From a virus (Duplodnaviria > Caudoviricetes): DNA of 41,729 nt. Of the stretch, positions 36,094-41,729 are shown piece by piece. Numbering within the stretch: position 1 is the stretch's first letter; the number at the start of each line of letters is the position of its first letter. The stretch lies in IMG/VR virus record IMGVR_UViG_3300027808_000058, positions 1 through 41,729 of that record; one strand, given 5' to 3'. The notes below the pieces were generated by a model. It was not told where the DNA came from. It saw only the letters and a list, made by a program, of their open reading frames with translations, and made no database searches. The translations under genes and the position numbers were made by a program.

Positions 36094-38343
36094 TTATCTG
36101 TGATGTACCAAACTAATCAGTCTGTTCAATTCATCATTGGTGTAGCCTGTGGATTCTTTCATTGCTGATTGTTTTTTGACAATGTCCATGTACACTGCTG
36201 GAACTTGATCCATTTTTTGTCTGCCGTCTTTCACTGCTTTGATCCAGCTTTGGATACTTTTAATATCGTTTGCATTCACAACTCGCGGAGCACCATTTAC
36301 CACAATAGTGGTTTTGGGATCAACTATCAAACGGCCAAATTCTTTTTCAGCGGCGATGGTGTCGTTGCCGTTGACGCCGTCTAGTCCCAACGGAGTCACA
36401 CCGTCTTTCATTTTGGCACCCAATGCGGCCAATTGCTTTTGACGATCATATACTTCTGGCTTGCCTTTCTTTGGATCCAATCCTGGACGATCTGAGTTAG
36501 CTGTATTACCAGTAGCGGTGGCTGATGGATTGACCAATTGTGCTTTTTCTGCTTGTAAGATTTCAATATACTGTTGATTGAGTTTCAACTTCATATCATA
36601 CTTTGAACTGAATCGAGCAATTTCTTTATCAAACTTTTCTACAGTATCATAACGTGGCTTACGAGCTTCTTTGGCCGCATCTCCGGAGGTGGTTGCTGGA
36701 ACTACTATTGTAAATCCTTTTGATGGAACATTTGGATTATTGTAATAACCTAAATTACCATCTTTATCTTTGACAAGTGGGTTTCCTCTAGGATCAAGTT
36801 GTTGAGCTGTAGTAGCCTTGGCCGCACTGTCCGTACCCAAAGTTTTAGCTGATCCATCAGGGTTCCAACCGCTAGCATACTTGCTGTCCCAAACTTGTTG
36901 TGCCATCACATTGTCAGTAGGACGAGGATTAACGGGTGCCTTTGCATCCGTTGGATATGTGGCTGTTGGGGCAACTTTGGCCGCACTGTCTGTGCCCAAT
37001 TTCTTGGTTGGATCAACACCTTTGAATTTGCCGGCCGCAATGTCAGCCAGTGTGTCGCCTTTAACAATAGTGTACTTGGTGCCGTCGGGCAATGTAATTA
37101 CCTGGCCAACTGAAATTTTGTCGGCGTTGTCAATTTTGTTAGTGGCCGCCAAATCCTGTACTGCTTGCGGAAGTACTGCGGCTGGTTTCTTTTCAGCGGC
37201 CGGAGCGGCTTGGTTGGCGGCGGCAATGCTGCCTGGAACCGTAGCGTTTGCTACAGTGTCAACGCCTGATGTTGGTGATACTGCCGCCGCTGGTGCTGGT
37301 GATACTGCCGCCGCTGGTGCTGGTGATACTGCCGCCGCTGGTGCTGGTGATACTGCCGCTGGTGCTGTTATCTGTTTGACAACGTCGGCCTTTGTTTGTG
37401 CTAGTGTTGTCTGACTACCCCGGGTATCTGCGGCAACCATTGCACTTGAAGCATTATTAGCGGTGCCGGCATTACCGGATGATGCGCCGGCTACCGTAGC
37501 AGTTTGTGCGGCTGGGTCTGAACTGTATACTGGAGCCACTTTATCGTAAGCCATAAGTAATGGTACCAATTGCGCATCATCTGGGTATTCTACTTTCAAT
37601 TCGCCGTATAGTTTTGAAAGTAAACTGTATTCTGCTTTGGTTAGTGCGGATGCTTCTGTAAGGCTTTTCAATGTATTTGATACTGTAAGGCCTTGTAATG
37701 CACCTGAATCTACAAGTAACTGACCAATCCTAGATTTAAAAACAATTCCTTCTTGAACACCGCTCTTTATAGCTGGTAACTTAATTCCATTGACAGCGCC
37801 GGTACCTGGTTGCGATAAACTGTAGGTGCCAATTGACGGTCCTGAAGATGCTGTAGATGCCGCAGGTGCTGTGTACACTCCTGCTTTGACTAACAAATCT
37901 GTAAACTGTTTTACTTTAGCGGCTTTTGCGGCAGTGTTGGCATCAGCTGTTGCTTTTGCTTGTTGCGCTTGTTGCGCTTGTTGCGCATCAGCTGTTGCTT
38001 TATTCGTTATTGCTAAATCTGTTTTCCAAGTAACGCCTTCTGGAAATTCTGGGCCAGGTTTGCCGTTTACCATTTTACCGTCAACGCTGGCTGGATTTAT
38101 TGCACTGCGATTTTCAGTATTACCATACCATTGTTGAATGGTTTTGCCACCGCCGCGCACTGTGCCGCCGTCATCGTTAGTGGCTTGACTCATGTGCCAG
38201 AACACTCCTGGATCTGTCATCATCAACGGAGTTGTGGTACCAAAATTACTTTTATGATAATAGTTTGGTCTAAATGTTGTAGGAGCGGTCGCGGCCTCTT
38301 CCAATTTTTTAAGTTTGTCTAATAGGTCATGTAATCCGTTCAT
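36094..38343 (-). CDS. Ala-rich protein with LysM and PG-binding-like domains, putative internal head protein
   Basis: LA..NKI.NADKISVGQVITLP followed by YTIVKGDTLADIA; LGLDGVNGNDTIAA; N-terminal LLDKLKKLEE; C-terminal DELNRLISL. Confidence 0.75.
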   Translation of the reverse strand: MNGLHDLLDKLKKLEEAATAPTTFRPNYYHKSNFGTTTPLMMTDPGVFWHMSQATNDDGGTVRGGGKTIQQWYGNTENRSAINPASVDGKMVNGKPGPEFPEGVTWKTDLAITNKATADAQQAQQAQQAKATADANTAAKAAKVKQFTDLLVKAGVYTAPAASTASSGPSIGTYSLSQPGTGAVNGIKLPAIKSGVQEGIVFKSRIGQLLVDSGALQGLTVSNTLKSLTEASALTKAEYSLLSKLYGELKVEYPDDAQLVPLLMAYDKVAPVYSSDPAAQTATVAGASSGNAGTANNASSAMVAADTRGSQTTLAQTKADVVKQITAPAAVSPAPAAAVSPAPAAAVSPAPAAAVSPTSGVDTVANATVPGSIAAANQAAPAAEKKPAAVLPQAVQDLAATNKIDNADKISVGQVITLPDGTKYTIVKGDTLADIAAGKFKGVDPTKKLGTDSAAKVAPTATYPTDAKAPVNPRPTDNVMAQQVWDSKYASGWNPDGSAKTLGTDSAAKATTAQQLDPRGNPLVKDKDGNLGYYNNPNVPSKGFTIVVPATTSGDAAKEARKPRYDTVEKFDKEIARFSSKYDMKLKLNQQYIEILQAEKAQLVNPSATATGNTANSDRPGLDPKKGKPEVYDRQKQLAALGAKMKDGVTPLGLDGVNGNDTIAAEKEFGRLIVDPKTTIVVNGAPRVVNANDIKSIQSWIKAVKDGRQKMDQVPAVYMDIVKKQSAMKESTGYTNDELNRLISLVHHR
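37273..37367. repeat. 24-bp in-frame tandem repeat (AAAVSPAP), ~4 copies
   Basis: TGGTGATACTGCCGCCGCTGGTGC at 37273, 37297 and 37321, plus a shortened fourth copy. Confidence 0.9.
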
Positions 38344-38352
38344 AATGTATCC

Positions 38353-40626
38353 TTAGTTTAATCCTGATAATTTTCTAATAATAGATAAACTTTCGTTTAT
38401 GCTTTCGTGCTCTTGATTGCTTACTTTGCTTGGAGGATCAGCACGATCTATATTGGCAAAAATTCTTTCTAAATCTTTTTGATCTGCACCCGGGAACTGT
38501 TTTTCTATCTTGGTTTTAACACCTCTGTTGCCAATGGTAAAGTTGTGTTCTTCTCTATTCCACCATCCGTCAGCAAATGCCTTCATATCTTTATAGCTTT
38601 TGCCACGTGGTTCGACCGGTGGTGCAATTTCTTTTGCGGCTGGATCATGTGGGTCCATTCCAAGTTCCATCATGATATCATGAAGCGTCTTAGATCCAAC
38701 TTTGGTATCAGGTTTAGCACCTTTACGTATGGCATTTAACACAGATGTTTTAGCACGTTCTGCGCCTTCCATTGCTGGTGCAGTGCCCGGCATCTCTGGT
38801 GGTGGTTCGCCTGCGGCTGGTGCGGCTGACGCATCACCTTCTCCTGCTGGTGCTTCTCCCGCGGCTGGTTCTTCGCCTGCTGGTTCTTCGCCTGCTGGTT
38901 CTTCGCCTGCTTCTTCTTCGCTGTACTCTGAACCTGCAAAAATCTCTTTGGATAGTTCTGGATTTTCTTTATCCATCCATGCTTTGACACTTGGCCATGA
39001 ATCATCGTTTGGACTTGTTAGGTCGAACAGTTGTTGTAATTCTGGATAACGATTAACATCTAAACCGTTGGCTGTTAAGCCATCAACTCTGTTTGGATCA
39101 CCAACTAACTCACCTTGAGATATCAGGGTCTTTAGTGCTTGGATAGATTCAGGATTGCCGTCCAGTGCATCCGCTTCATCTTCGTTAATAATACTATTTA
39201 AGAAACGTTCAAATTGATCTGTTGGAGATTCAAGAACAGGACGTGTTGGCTCTTTGGCTCGATCGCATCCCGCAAGTACATCGTCGTACGGATCCGCAGA
39301 CATTGATGACGGAACGCCGGAGCCTTTGCCGCCACCGGTAACTTTGATACCCATTTTCTGAGCAACTTGCTGAGGTGTTAGACCTTGCTTACATAACTCA
39401 TACGCTGTAATTCGTCGTTGCATTTTTTCTGGTGTAACACGTTCACTTAGAGTTTCTTCTTTTTCTTTCTTAGGAATACCTTTTTGTGCAAGAGCTCTTG
39501 CGGCATCACGACCTGTGCGATTAGGATTATGTTTTTTCTTAAAAGAAGATTTACGCTTATCAGCATCCTGTTCAGCTTTATCTTTATACCAAGGAGCAAC
39601 ATCGTCTTTATCTTCTTCTGCTAACAAATCATCAGGATCTAATTCTCTAGTAGGGATTTCACTTTCATCTACTAATTTGTAAATGTATGGGAATACATCT
39701 TTTAATTCTTCTTTGAAGCTACGCACTGTCAATCGGTCAACCCAGTCCAACATAATTTCTTCTGGAATGTCCTTAGATTTGCTTGGTGCAAAACTTTCTG
39801 CAAATTCTTCGTAATGCTTGGATTGCTGTAGCTGATGGATTTGTTTTTTAACTTGTTCTATGCGTTCAATCACTTTGTTGTTGACTGCGCTCATGGATTC
39901 TGAAACAACTGGAGTACGGCTAACATATCCTTTGAACATGCGAAGTTTGCTTAGTTCTTCACTCAAACTAACAACATGTTGGCCGATCTCATCATACGGA
40001 TTGCCACCGTGTCCAATGTGTTGTGCCATTGCACGGGCGCCATTTAGATGACGTACCGGATAGCGAAAACGTTCGCCTTGAGCATTTTCAATGTAAATGC
40101 TTTCAATGTGCATTGTGCGGCCTGCGGCTAGGTCATAATTAACAGGCTTGCTGTGTTTAACAACTAACCTTGTTTCTCCAAGGTCTTGATAGCTCACTCT
40201 TGGTGTGCCCCACATTTTACTTTCCGTCATTGGTTCTTCTCCGCTTTTTGCATGGAATTCATAATCTCGTTTATCCAAGTTACTCTTGCCCATACGGTCA
40301 ACTTCGTAACTTAATAAGTGTTGTCTAGCAAATTTTCTAAAACTTCTAATAAATTTAAATGCGCCGTGATGGGTAGTTTCGTCATCGTCGTCTGTTAGGT
40401 CGCCGCTGATTTGAATCACTATGCCTTCTTCTTGATCTAAATTAATTGCAATTGTACCTAACGCTTCGCCATGCTCTGTGTACTCAAACTCAAAGAAACG
40501 AGCTTTGGGAATATCTTCTTTTTTACTCAAAACTTCAGCTTTTTCGTCCGCGATTTTGATGCCGGGGAACCTAGTTTGAATTTTACCGTAAATTTCTTTT
40601 GCTACTTGATTTAAATTTGTTTCCAT
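38353..40626 (-). CDS. large acidic late protein, putative prohead-core/internal head protein
   Basis: Start METNLN at 40626 is 4 nt after TAAATA; many L/I-x-E sites; EEPAG repeats; C-terminal INESLSIIRKLSGL. Confidence 0.65.
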   Translation of the reverse strand: METNLNQVAKEIYGKIQTRFPGIKIADEKAEVLSKKEDIPKARFFEFEYTEHGEALGTIAINLDQEEGIVIQISGDLTDDDDETTHHGAFKFIRSFRKFARQHLLSYEVDRMGKSNLDKRDYEFHAKSGEEPMTESKMWGTPRVSYQDLGETRLVVKHSKPVNYDLAAGRTMHIESIYIENAQGERFRYPVRHLNGARAMAQHIGHGGNPYDEIGQHVVSLSEELSKLRMFKGYVSRTPVVSESMSAVNNKVIERIEQVKKQIHQLQQSKHYEEFAESFAPSKSKDIPEEIMLDWVDRLTVRSFKEELKDVFPYIYKLVDESEIPTRELDPDDLLAEEDKDDVAPWYKDKAEQDADKRKSSFKKKHNPNRTGRDAARALAQKGIPKKEKEETLSERVTPEKMQRRITAYELCKQGLTPQQVAQKMGIKVTGGGKGSGVPSSMSADPYDDVLAGCDRAKEPTRPVLESPTDQFERFLNSIINEDEADALDGNPESIQALKTLISQGELVGDPNRVDGLTANGLDVNRYPELQQLFDLTSPNDDSWPSVKAWMDKENPELSKEIFAGSEYSEEEAGEEPAGEEPAGEEPAAGEAPAGEGDASAAPAAGEPPPEMPGTAPAMEGAERAKTSVLNAIRKGAKPDTKVGSKTLHDIMMELGMDPHDPAAKEIAPPVEPRGKSYKDMKAFADGWWNREEHNFTIGNRGVKTKIEKQFPGADQKDLERIFANIDRADPPSKVSNQEHESINESLSIIRKLSGLN

Positions 40627-40636
40627 ATGATATTTA

Positions 40637-41729
<1,093 letters not shown>

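Overview
A ~41.7 kb fragment of a large T4-like (myovirus-type) bacteriophage genome, probably infecting an aquatic betaproteobacterium (inferred from the phage-borne pqqA). (1) 1-2536, + strand: small early genes and an AAA ATPase, most behind near-consensus sigma70 promoters and a shared AC-rich leader ending in GGAGCGAA. (2) 2541-2710: a four-hairpin non-coding element ending in a terminator. Two of its loops carry UUCGCUCC, the exact reverse complement of the early-gene ribosome-binding motif; this is the top finding, a candidate anti-RBS small RNA. (3) 2.7-9 kb: a 55-bp dispersed repeat, GAA mini-hairpins, late (TAAATA) genes including two paralogous peptidoglycan-binding proteins, and a pqqA gene missed by the ORF track. 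(4) 9-20.4 kb, - strand: virion/tail-fibre proteins (2307-aa repeat protein, cupredoxin-tipped fibre, YHYH, Mtd_N). (5) 21-36 kb, mostly - strand: replication/recombination genes (gp41 helicase, carbamoyltransferase, primase, a 192-aa mini-DnaE, gp62-like, 2OG oxygenase, UvsW, UvsY, UvsX, gp32). (6) 36-41.7 kb: a LysM/PG-binding protein, a large acidic putative head protein and the terminase large subunit (partial). All calls come from motif recognition by eye; no database searches were run.
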